A DNA stretch of 64,000 nucleotides from the sequence record MN871449.1; one strand, given 5' to 3'. The position numbers were made by a program, and so were the translations under genes. Below, in pieces: positions 1-9,018 of the stretch (the stretch's first letter is position 1; each line of letters opens with the position of its first letter). The notes below the pieces were generated by a model. The model saw only the letters and a program-made list of their open reading frames with translations, was not told the origin of the DNA and did no database searches.

Positions 1-584
1 ACGCCGTCCCCGACTGCACCAAAGTCCTCAAAAGACAACTGATCTGTAATAATCCGTTGCCAGTAGAATTCATTCCCGGCAGCAATCGTGCCGTTGTCAT
101 CCGCATTTACCCCTAAACGCGCAACGAAAATACCCCCACCCGTAACCCCGTCTTTGTAGTAACTCTTCAGCGTGACACGCTGTCCTTGGTACCATGGTTT
201 AAGCGTCCGTAATGCGTCGAAACTCTCTACTCCTTGTAACATGAATAAAGAGTTGACAATATGCGCATTCGTCGCGTAGCGAACTTGTGTCGTACTGTCT
301 GACATTAATGCAGAGTAAGTCCCGTTCCCTTGGTTTACATACCCCAAGACATAGTCTCGTGTACTGTTTTCGTAAACAAAGAAAACATTCCCCTCTGTAG
401 TTACACTGAGCCCGGCAGCAATCGTGCTGTACGCGTTCTCAAAACCTAACGTTTCTCTGAGGGTACCAATACTAACTTTTTCGGATTCGTTTCCATTCGC
501 TTCTGAGAGCGGAAGAAACGCATTCTCTGACGGATTAGAGCTGGGCGATAGTTCAGAAATTTTCAATGCAGTGATATCGGTCAT
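1..584 (-). CDS. Tailspike/depolymerase, N-terminal part (runs off window start; missing from ORF track)
   Basis: Manual translation: MTDITALKISELSPSSNPSENAFLPLSEANGNESEKVSIGTLRETLGFENAYSTIAAGLSVTTEGNVFFVYEN...SFDALRTLKPWYQGQRVTLKSYYKDGVTGGGIF...FEDFGAVG. It has the same KISEL..FENA..VFFVY anchor as the neighbouring spikes. Confidence 0.85.
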   Translation of the reverse strand, partial: MTDITALKISELSPSSNPSENAFLPLSEANGNESEKVSIGTLRETLGFENAYSTIAAGLSVTTEGNVFFVYENSTRDYVLGYVNQGNGTYSALMSDSTTQVRYATNAHIVNSLFMLQGVESFDALRTLKPWYQGQRVTLKSYYKDGVTGGGIFVARLGVNADDNGTIAAGNEFYWQRIITDQLSFEDFGAVGDG

Positions 585-614
585 TTCACGACTCCGATGT
601 AAACAAAAAATGGT

Positions 615-618
615 CATA
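615..618 (-). promoter_or_regulatory. Late promoter-like TATG (TTTTGTTTCGTATGAC)
   Basis: Same context as 4133; about 30 nt upstream of the tailspike start. Confidence 0.5.
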
Positions 619-744
619 CGAAACAAAAAAGAGAGGAGCTTTTCCGTATCCTTCTCTAGTTAATGTGCAATAAACCAAAACGTAATCTTTCAAGCTGTTA
701 ATCGTATGTACGATTGACTATTAGAGAGCTTAAGAGGCAAAATA

Positions 745-3700
745 ATGGCTGACATTTATGTTAAACTTTCTGAACTTTCTCGGCCGAGTACGCCAGTGAA
801 TGACTCAGATGTGGTGTTCATTTCCCAGTTAAACAATACAGAAAATACTTCTTCCGCAATGAGTATTTCTGATTTACGCAATTTACTCAATTTTGAAACA
901 GCTTTTGATAGTACTGTCGCAGGGTTAAGTAATACATCGGCGAATCAGATTTTCTTTGTTTACACCGATGACACCAAAACGAAAGTTCGTGCCTATGTAA
1001 ACCGGTCAGGTATTGCAGAAGTCATGAATGATGCTGACGGAAGTCCACTTTTATATCGCACGCGTAAAGGGTTAAATATTCTTGCCGGGAAAGATGAGTT
1101 AATCAATCCCGCGCAAGGGACCTCGCTGATAGCGATGGGTACAGGTGAGACAATAGCTGACGGTTTGGGCCATTGGCTCTCGGCGACAGTAGATATATTC
1201 AACATGACTGTTTCGCCTAATAAAATTAGCACTCGTGGATTTTATAAAGAAAAAGATGGCGGTGCTGGTGATTGGAACAAGACAGGCGTTGTCAATCTTT
1301 CATTGGCAGGAAAACACGTTATTACCGAGGGGAAGATCTATAACAAACTCGGGGTAGAATATCTCATTGATATCTCTAAAGGAGAAATTGACCCTTTAGC
1401 GAATGGCGCGATGGCTACTACCTACGACGAAGTGTGGTCAACAAAAGAAAACGTTGTATGTCTCGGCGATGCCATTAACGGGATTTTCAAGCAAATCCCA
1501 ATAGAAGTTTACACCTCCAATACCGCCGCCACTTATACTGGATATAAAAGATTACGAATAACGTTTTCTCCAAATCTTTATCGTATTTGTAAAAACGCGG
1601 TAAAAGTAAGGAACGGTGTGACTTATGACATGCGAGGGTCAACAATCTATGTTGTTCCTACCCCGTCTAATAGTTATCCCGTCACTGGTAAAAAGCTTAA
1701 TGGCTTCCAACATGGTTACGATGAAGTAAAAGAAAAATTCGATGCTATTAATGGGGCGAATTATTGGGGTAGCGTGAGTTGCCAAAATGTCACTTTCTTG
1801 GGCGGCGATATACGCGGTGATTTGAATGTCAGTAAAACTCCGGATCAATGTTCTTCGGGAGTTGGTATTTTAATCATTAACCCAGAATATGTTTTCCATG
1901 ACGGCGTAGCCATTTCGATGTTCACCTGGTGTGCGGTAGCGATGGCAGGTACAACGACGCAGAGCCTTTTCAATGACGGCACTGACTTTGATGACAACGT
2001 CAAAGACTATCGTTACATTCTTGATTTCATGGGGACTTCTCGTTTCGGTAATTTCTACGGGGCTAACTATGAAAACTGTCGTTTCCATTCTGGTTGGCGT
2101 GGCGTATTAAGAAGTAGCGTCGATTGGTCATATTGGAAGGGCGGGATTTGTACAAGTAACATCCATTGGCAAAACCCAAGCTCAAATAAATCCGGTACTA
2201 TCCCTTCTTACACAATGGTGGTAACTGGGACCGGATTTGATGCGAGTGGCGCTTATATATCCAATAACGGCGGGTTAGGCGTAGACTGTAACCCTTCGAA
2301 AGGGATTGTCTATACCACTGCAAAGGGACATAGCTTTACTGGCCTTTATACAGAGTGGACTTATCGTAATTTCGTTATTTCTAAATTTGGATATAACGAC
2401 GGTGTATGGAGCCGAAGCTGCTACCTTCACATTGGTGCTGTTTCACAGTATAAAAATGATAGCAAAAACTATTACATGTTGTCATTTGAAGATGGATCAT
2501 TCGGCTATTACGACAGCGTTACCCAAAAATGGGTTTGGCCAAATGACTATACCCAAGTACCCACTGCGGTTGGTGTAAGAGGTATTCAGATCGGTACGCC
2601 TGTCCGTGACGAAGGGGCTTTTCTCCATGGTGGTTACGACTTCAAATACGGGACGTATAACGTCGGAGGTGTTCTCGGGGAATTAGATTTTGACACCTTA
2701 CGAGACATCAAGCAATCAAAAGAATTTCTCAACCCTTACGGACTTTCTTTGAACAGCGGTGTCTGTTATCTACCGTTCAAAAACTTAGCGAAAGATAGTG
2801 TAGTTCATATCTGGCTTAAGGATCTTACCGGTAACTTCGATCCGAAAAAAATCTCTATTGGTCTAACGGGTAATATTGAAACAACCGTTACGAATAACAA
2901 TGATTTCGTAGCCTATGGCGAAACGGTAGTCGATTTTAAAAACGGTTATAAACTAATTACCGTTTTTAACAAACGCCCATACGGTACCGATGGAGTTGGT
3001 ACTTGGACACCGCAGGTTTCCGTTTATTTCCAGATTGATCCGGCTACGCCAATCATCTTGAAGGCGGTAGAGGCTTATACCGGTGGCGTAAGTGTTTTCC
3101 CTGGCGGTTGTGACTATACCCCGCAAGCCGATATGTTCTCGATAATGTCCTCAAATACTTACTCGGGGGTAAACAACGGAACAGGTGGTGGTATTTTTAA
3201 ACCTGGTGATATCGTCCGTCCTTTCATTCGCGTAGATAAACACGGTAATGATTTTAAGTTTTCTCCAACTATTGACTCTAACTATAGCGCGTATGATAAA
3301 ATCATTAAGAGCGGTATAACGTTAGATTCTGTTTTGAAGACAACGTTTACCGTACAAATTACATCTATCGATGTTGATAACAATCAGACACTGATCAAAG
3401 TACCTGATGCATCTGTTAAACTTGTCGTTATGGGTATCCCACTTTATATTTCTTCGGGCTCTTCCACTTCCGTAACAGGTCAACAACGACTAGTTAGACG
3501 TTTACTCAATAACGACGGTACGTATAGCACTACCTACGCGATCGATGGTATTGTAGGGAACGTTAATGATAACCTTGTTATCGATCAAAGACTACTCCCA
3601 AGTTACACGTTTTACCCATTCGAAAGTCTTTCGATTGGCGGGTCTTTATCGATGACAGCCGATAATTCGATGTTTTCTTTCAGTAACAATGGCGATTTGG

Positions 3701-4092
3701 GTTTCTTGAAAAAGAACGGTTCCCCTTCTAAATTAGCAATTGGTTCTGGGAATTCATTTAGTGTTTCGGCTTCGAACAAAACTACATTATCGGTATCTGA
3801 TACTTTAACTGATATTTTTAAAGTGGCAGCTACTGGGATCGTCACTGCTTATAACACGATTCTTCCCAGTGTAACAGGATCGTTTGATTTTGGTTCTTCT
3901 ACTGCCGGTTTTCGTAACGCTTATTTTACAGGTGCGATTACAATTAACGGTAACCCTGTCGGTGTAAAAGTTGATGTTCCAGCATCGATGACAGCAGCTG
4001 GTTCTGTTGGTCAATGGGCAGCCGATACTAGTTACTACTATGTTTGTGTTGCGCCTAATGTATGGAGACGAGTGGCTTTGAGTACATGGTAA
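745..4092 (+). CDS. Tailspike / capsule depolymerase (1115 aa)
   Basis: KLSEL..FETAF..IFFVY anchor, central Gly/Asn/aromatic beta-helix-like region, C-terminal ILPSVTGSFDFGSSTAGFRNAY and ...GQWAADTSYYYVCVAPNVWRRVALSTW fibre-tip modules. Confidence 0.85.
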   Translation: MADIYVKLSELSRPSTPVNDSDVVFISQLNNTENTSSAMSISDLRNLLNFETAFDSTVAGLSNTSANQIFFVYTDDTKTKVRAYVNRSGIAEVMNDADGSPLLYRTRKGLNILAGKDELINPAQGTSLIAMGTGETIADGLGHWLSATVDIFNMTVSPNKISTRGFYKEKDGGAGDWNKTGVVNLSLAGKHVITEGKIYNKLGVEYLIDISKGEIDPLANGAMATTYDEVWSTKENVVCLGDAINGIFKQIPIEVYTSNTAATYTGYKRLRITFSPNLYRICKNAVKVRNGVTYDMRGSTIYVVPTPSNSYPVTGKKLNGFQHGYDEVKEKFDAINGANYWGSVSCQNVTFLGGDIRGDLNVSKTPDQCSSGVGILIINPEYVFHDGVAISMFTWCAVAMAGTTTQSLFNDGTDFDDNVKDYRYILDFMGTSRFGNFYGANYENCRFHSGWRGVLRSSVDWSYWKGGICTSNIHWQNPSSNKSGTIPSYTMVVTGTGFDASGAYISNNGGLGVDCNPSKGIVYTTAKGHSFTGLYTEWTYRNFVISKFGYNDGVWSRSCYLHIGAVSQYKNDSKNYYMLSFEDGSFGYYDSVTQKWVWPNDYTQVPTAVGVRGIQIGTPVRDEGAFLHGGYDFKYGTYNVGGVLGELDFDTLRDIKQSKEFLNPYGLSLNSGVCYLPFKNLAKDSVVHIWLKDLTGNFDPKKISIGLTGNIETTVTNNNDFVAYGETVVDFKNGYKLITVFNKRPYGTDGVGTWTPQVSVYFQIDPATPIILKAVEAYTGGVSVFPGGCDYTPQADMFSIMSSNTYSGVNNGTGGGIFKPGDIVRPFIRVDKHGNDFKFSPTIDSNYSAYDKIIKSGITLDSVLKTTFTVQITSIDVDNNQTLIKVPDASVKLVVMGIPLYISSGSSTSVTGQQRLVRRLLNNDGTYSTTYAIDGIVGNVNDNLVIDQRLLPSYTFYPFESLSIGGSLSMTADNSMFSFSNNGDLGFLKKNGSPSKLAIGSGNSFSVSASNKTTLSVSDTLTDIFKVAATGIVTAYNTILPSVTGSFDFGSSTAGFRNAYFTGAITINGNPVGVKVDVPASMTAAGSVGQWAADTSYYYVCVAPNVWRRVALSTW

Positions 4093-4097
4093 TAAGT

Positions 4098-4121
4098 TGA
4101 GGGGGTCGTCAGACCCCCTCA
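4098..4121 (+). terminator. Intrinsic terminator
   Basis: TGAGGGGGTC-GTCA-GACCCCCTCA then T-rich tract. Confidence 0.8.
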
Positions 4122-4132
4122 GTTTTGTTTCG

Positions 4133-4136
4133 TATG
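4133..4136 (+). promoter_or_regulatory. Late promoter-like TATG
   Basis: T-rich-TATGA recurs at 705 (TATGT), 4133, 6178, 11223, 13494, 20591 and 21432 upstream of structural genes; the phiKZ late promoter core is TATG. Confidence 0.55.
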
Positions 4137-4162
4137 AGATTCTTTCACTTGAGGATAATATA

Positions 4163-6130
4163 ATGCCTAAGTCTTCAGATTCTATCGGAATCAAAATTTC
4201 TGAACTCGGTGACGCAGGCGTCATCAAAGAAAATGACGTTGTCCCGATTAACGCCAAAACCAGTGCGGGAGTTCCTTTCACTAAATCCACTAAAATTAAC
4301 GACCTCCGTCAAACGCTAGGCTTCGATAATGCTTTCCTGTCTGTGGATGCGGGCCTGAACGGAACCACGTCAGGGGACGTATTTTTCGTCTATGAAAGCG
4401 CGGCGAAACTCTGGGTACTGCAATACCAAAATAATGACGGAGTAGCTAACCCTATTCTGGGTTATGACAATGAACAAGTCAGGTTACCGACGAGCAGACA
4501 AATGAGAGCTGCAGCATCAGTTACAGAAAGTACCGGTATGAGCATTATTCCCATGGGTGCTGGTTCCCTGAATGACATTTCTGGCCAAACGACCTTTGAA
4601 AGCAATGGGGCGAAGGGAGACGGTATAACGGATGATACTGTTGCAGTACAAAAAACCTTAGAATTACTGAAGTTAGGTTATACTGTTCGTTCTAAAGAAT
4701 CGAATGCTCGTTACCGAATCACTTCTCAAATTACCGTCTACGCAGCTTCCGGAAAATTGATCATGGACCGTTCAAGGTTTGTGGTAGATAGTTCATTAAT
4801 GACTACCGGGTATGCTGTTCGGGTCGTAGGTGTCCCTGGCGCCACTTACAATTTAGGATCAGAGCTGGAAATTCGTTTACAAGGCCCTTACGGAGGACCT
4901 TCCGTTTCGAAACCACCTATAACACCTGTAGGGACATTAGATGGTATTGGGTTCTTCCCCGATGGTACAAACACCCAAGTGTCCACGGTGTTAGCTAAAG
5001 TGTGGGTGGAAGGATTTCGTGACAACATTTATATCGGCTCGCAGTCGACGTACCTTCTGCAATTTATACAGCCGGTTGTGGGTAAGTTCTGGCGATATGG
5101 CTGGCATTTCAATTGCGTCAACGACGCAGGGGAAAACATTTCAATCTTCGGTGGCGTAACGTATAATGGATTAAACGCTAACGGGAACGCTGCGGGCGTA
5201 TACGTTCCCAGTACCGGTCAGTATCTTGATGCGTATTTTTATTCGCACTCTTTTGACTATAGTGATCTTGTGTTTGATATCTCTACGGGAAATATTAATT
5301 TCATAGGGTGTCATTTCGAGAACAATTCCTCTAACCCGTACGGTAAGATGCTTTATACCTCTTCAAAAAGAAAACCGTTTGTCAATATCCAAAACACGTT
5401 TATTGACGGCGGAAATGACGTTGCCACCACGTATGCGAACCAAGGAACAACCGCAGGTAAACCTGTATGGTTCACTTTATCAGGTCCTTGTATTTTCCGA
5501 CTAGTGGGATGTCCTGCTGGAAAATACAATAAGATGGCGGCCGTTGATGTTGTTAAATGTACAGGTAGCGGTGCCCTCGTCAAAGTTGTCGATAATTATT
5601 TTGATATCTACGGGAATAATGACATGGTAAATATCGGCGATTATACGAACCCGCTGAGAAATTATAATTATAATACCGCAGATTTGACAGGTTGGTCTAC
5701 GATATATTCAGCAACGGGTACCGCTTTCCAACCTACGATAACTTACGATAACTCAAAATCAATTGGTGCCTCTGCGAAAGTGCTTAGCACAACAACGACC
5801 GGGGCATTGACGACGTTATTTGGCCAACGTTTACGCTGCTCGCCAGGACAAACTCTTTATTTAGCTACCACGCTTTATTGGGAAAATATTGTTTCCACAA
5901 ATGGCGGTTGTTATTTCGGTTATACATTTTACGACATTGAAGGTGTAGAAATTACCCATAACGTAATTGGGACGAATCTTTCAGGGACGACAGGTAGTGC
6001 ATCTAATGTTGTAAAATGCTCCGGATCGGTAATTGTTCCGCCTGGGGCAGCGACTGTTCACGTGGGTCTTCGTCATTATCAAACATCAGGTTCCGTTTAC
6101 TTGGGCCCTGTCAAAGCATTCCTTCAATAA
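4163..6130 (+). CDS. Tailspike / depolymerase (start corrected to MPKSS)
   Basis: SD GAGGA before ATG 4163; KISEL anchor; FESNGAKGDGITDDTVAVQ pectate-lyase-3-type entry motif; beta-helix; C-terminal CBM-like domain (...VPPGAATVHVGL). Confidence 0.85.
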   Translation: MPKSSDSIGIKISELGDAGVIKENDVVPINAKTSAGVPFTKSTKINDLRQTLGFDNAFLSVDAGLNGTTSGDVFFVYESAAKLWVLQYQNNDGVANPILGYDNEQVRLPTSRQMRAAASVTESTGMSIIPMGAGSLNDISGQTTFESNGAKGDGITDDTVAVQKTLELLKLGYTVRSKESNARYRITSQITVYAASGKLIMDRSRFVVDSSLMTTGYAVRVVGVPGATYNLGSELEIRLQGPYGGPSVSKPPITPVGTLDGIGFFPDGTNTQVSTVLAKVWVEGFRDNIYIGSQSTYLLQFIQPVVGKFWRYGWHFNCVNDAGENISIFGGVTYNGLNANGNAAGVYVPSTGQYLDAYFYSHSFDYSDLVFDISTGNINFIGCHFENNSSNPYGKMLYTSSKRKPFVNIQNTFIDGGNDVATTYANQGTTAGKPVWFTLSGPCIFRLVGCPAGKYNKMAAVDVVKCTGSGALVKVVDNYFDIYGNNDMVNIGDYTNPLRNYNYNTADLTGWSTIYSATGTAFQPTITYDNSKSIGASAKVLSTTTTGALTTLFGQRLRCSPGQTLYLATTLYWENIVSTNGGCYFGYTFYDIEGVEITHNVIGTNLSGTTGSASNVVKCSGSVIVPPGAATVHVGLRHYQTSGSVYLGPVKAFLQ

Positions 6131-6139
6131 AATAAACTC

Positions 6140-6167
6140 TAGAGAGGGGCCTTTTGGCCCCTCTCTA
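6140..6167 (+). terminator. Intrinsic terminator
   Basis: TAGAGAGGGGCC-TTTT-GGCCCCTCTCTA. Confidence 0.8.
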
Positions 6168-6177
6168 TTTGTTTTCC

Positions 6178-6181
6178 TATG
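6178..6181 (+). promoter_or_regulatory. Late promoter-like TATG
   Basis: TTTTCCTATGAC after terminator. Confidence 0.55.
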
Positions 6182-6223
6182 ACTATTTTTACAGCCCTAT
6201 TGCCGACAATGAGGTTTCTTGCA

Positions 6224-8980
6224 ATGGCCAATAACACAAGAAAAATTTCCGAACTTTCGAGTAAGGGTATTGTTCCAGAATCTGCTCTATTGCCAGTGGC
6301 AGTAGCGGGAGCAGAAAATGAAACATACCGCACCACGTTAAATAATCTTCGATCAAATCTTCTTTTTGAAAATGCTTACGAAACCCTCGCAGAAGGTATT
6401 GCGGCTACTATCAAAGATGAAATCTTTTACGTCTATACTGACGATAGCCAACTCTACGTCGCAGCGTTTATTAACGTCAACGGTGCTTCTGCCACGGCTG
6501 TCTATAAAGACAATACTCCGGTTATCTACGGCACCGGAAAAATGATGGCGGACGGTAAGTTCGGCTCCTACACGTCATATGTCAGTTACCTTTATAACAA
6601 CGGTTCTGCTAACGGTGGTGAAACGGAAATCGCATTGCCCTTCGACTGTTTCGATGTCTCAGAGATGTTCTTGAACGGTGGTCATCAGTTCAAGGGGTTG
6701 AACTACACGTTTGATCGGTTATCGAACAAAGTCAAATTAAAAGGGCCATTAACGGCGGGTGCTTTCGTTGTCTTCTACGTAAGACCTTACCCGGGTTCGC
6801 CTATCACGCCAGTAGAACCTGGTATTACCGACTACGTCAACGTAACGTGGCTATATAACGACGGCGCAGCAGTGGGTGGAGAAACGTCACTTACCCCTCC
6901 GTGGACATTCAAAACAGTCCCTGTTATTTACATCAACGGCTCAAAACAAGTCCTGAATAAGCACTATGAAGTTGATAGCACCGGATTGAAGATTAACCTT
7001 TCGAAAGCGCTGAATGCTAACGACATCGTTGAAGTCTTACTGGGTGGTTCTCGGTCGGTCATCACCGCACAGGTATCGGGAACACCGGCAGAAATTCTTT
7101 TGACGCTGGGGCAAACGACAGGTGCGGCAAAAGTCAATACCAGTTATGGTGTGAGCTTAGAGCAAGTCGTTCAAGGTGTTTACGGCGTGGAATCAGTGGA
7201 TTCACTGCGGTCTCGTCAACCGGGATTTGAAGGGGAACGTATTAAAGTAAAATCTTACGCAGTTGGTACTAAAATTGGCGGCGGGGAATTTATTGGTCAC
7301 ATCGGCGGAGGTGTAACAGAAGACTATGGTACAATCATTGTCGGTGGGAATTTCTATTGGGAGCGTGTTATCCCCAATTCAGAAATTAATGTTTCATTTT
7401 GGGGTGCGCAACCAGGGACAGATATCACGATACCTTTACAACGTGCGATCGCGTATGTCCAGAAATTAACAATAGGGACTAATTTTTACAGTCGTCCTTC
7501 GATCAGTATTTCAGCAGGGAGCTATCTGATATCTGCAACAATTGTCGCACCGACATCAATCAGTATCGTTGCGAAAGGTAATGTTAACATTGTTGCATCG
7601 TCTAACTTTACAGGGTCGTACCTGATCAAGTTCCAAAATACTGACGCCTTAACGAATGTCAATCTTTGGGAAGGTGAGAACCTTTCGGCTGATGGCGGTG
7701 TATTGCGACTGGATGGACAAGGCCGTGCTATAACTACTCTTTCTGGAATATTTATCGGTAACGAAGCAGCTAGTATGTCCAACGCCAGAAACGTTTCATT
7801 CCGTAATGTCGTTGTGACCGAATGCTATCGTGCATTGACGTTCTCTTCCATCGATACTTATCTATTCTCTGCGACTAAATGTCGTTTCGAACAAAACGGT
7901 ATTAGTTTGAATGTTCCGTCTACAACGTCCAGTAACTCCGGCGAACGTATGTCGTTTACTAACTGTACATTTGGCGGTACCAACGAACATCACGTATACC
8001 TTGCAGCACCTGGTTTTGATGTTTCGTTCATGAACTGCAGTTTTGACTTTACTAACGGTAGTATATTAGTCATTACGGGATCGTCTGGTTATAATGCAGT
8101 TAAGTTTACTGACTGTCATGCCGAAGCTTGGAATGGGTACGTATTAGATGTAGTTGGCTCGCCGTCTAACTGTGCGGTATACTTTACCAATTGCGATTTC
8201 CTTCCTCGTCTGCGTTCTGGTCAGAAATCAGACTCTACCTTAGGACTGGCCAACAGCCCATCTCGACCACTCTTTAACGGAAACCAGGTTGCAGTGTATT
8301 GGAATGGCTCTGAGATCAAACACGAAGTCAAACCATACACCGAAGATCTCTATTTACACTCTTCCGGTAAACCCGTGGCGGTTAGTGGGTATGTAAAAGA
8401 TCCCTACTATAACGTCCCGTCCGCGAACGCTATTATTAATAGCGGTTTTGATTTCAGTGCGGAAACTACTGGGACAACTGTCACGAGTACTTCCTCTACG
8501 TTAGCGAAATTTTCTGTTGGATACATCGCGGGTATGACAGGGGTAATTGCCGACAGAACAGATGTTACAGGTAAAGTTCTTGCTTTAACCGGTACAAGTT
8601 CTGCGAGTAACGTGACTTTAGTTGGAACAGAATATTTTGCCTGTAAAGCAGGAGATATGTTCGGGGTTGTTGCCGCAATGCAGCTACTGAACTCGACGGG
8701 GAATAACCGTATTACCCCATACGTTTATTTTTACAATGATCAAAAAGTATTATTATCTGGCGGCCAAGTAGTTGGTAACAATACCGCGATGGGAAGTGTA
8801 TTTTCCGACACTACCTTACCAAATTACTCCGCCGGTACAACACGATTCATCGCTTCTAGTCCGGTGAAAATAAGAGCACCTGTTGGCGCAGCGTTCGCTC
8901 GTGTTGCAGCGACTTTTTCTGACATTACAGGTACGGTAAACATATCCAGATTGTCACTATTCCGTTTTGAGACAGAGTAA
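6224..8980 (+). CDS. Branching tailspike with two XD (T4 gp10-like) docking domains plus depolymerase
   Basis: SD GAGGT before ATG 6224; KISEL anchor; two YNxGxAxGGET...G..Q...Y domains resembling CBA120 TSP4 XD domains; beta-helix; C-terminal CBM-like domain. Confidence 0.85.
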   Translation: MANNTRKISELSSKGIVPESALLPVAVAGAENETYRTTLNNLRSNLLFENAYETLAEGIAATIKDEIFYVYTDDSQLYVAAFINVNGASATAVYKDNTPVIYGTGKMMADGKFGSYTSYVSYLYNNGSANGGETEIALPFDCFDVSEMFLNGGHQFKGLNYTFDRLSNKVKLKGPLTAGAFVVFYVRPYPGSPITPVEPGITDYVNVTWLYNDGAAVGGETSLTPPWTFKTVPVIYINGSKQVLNKHYEVDSTGLKINLSKALNANDIVEVLLGGSRSVITAQVSGTPAEILLTLGQTTGAAKVNTSYGVSLEQVVQGVYGVESVDSLRSRQPGFEGERIKVKSYAVGTKIGGGEFIGHIGGGVTEDYGTIIVGGNFYWERVIPNSEINVSFWGAQPGTDITIPLQRAIAYVQKLTIGTNFYSRPSISISAGSYLISATIVAPTSISIVAKGNVNIVASSNFTGSYLIKFQNTDALTNVNLWEGENLSADGGVLRLDGQGRAITTLSGIFIGNEAASMSNARNVSFRNVVVTECYRALTFSSIDTYLFSATKCRFEQNGISLNVPSTTSSNSGERMSFTNCTFGGTNEHHVYLAAPGFDVSFMNCSFDFTNGSILVITGSSGYNAVKFTDCHAEAWNGYVLDVVGSPSNCAVYFTNCDFLPRLRSGQKSDSTLGLANSPSRPLFNGNQVAVYWNGSEIKHEVKPYTEDLYLHSSGKPVAVSGYVKDPYYNVPSANAIINSGFDFSAETTGTTVTSTSSTLAKFSVGYIAGMTGVIADRTDVTGKVLALTGTSSASNVTLVGTEYFACKAGDMFGVVAAMQLLNSTGNNRITPYVYFYNDQKVLLSGGQVVGNNTAMGSVFSDTTLPNYSAGTTRFIASSPVKIRAPVGAAFARVAATFSDITGTVNISRLSLFRFETE

Positions 8981-9018
8981 AAGGAGGAGGGGGTTCCCCT
9001 CCTTAAAAGGAAAAATAA

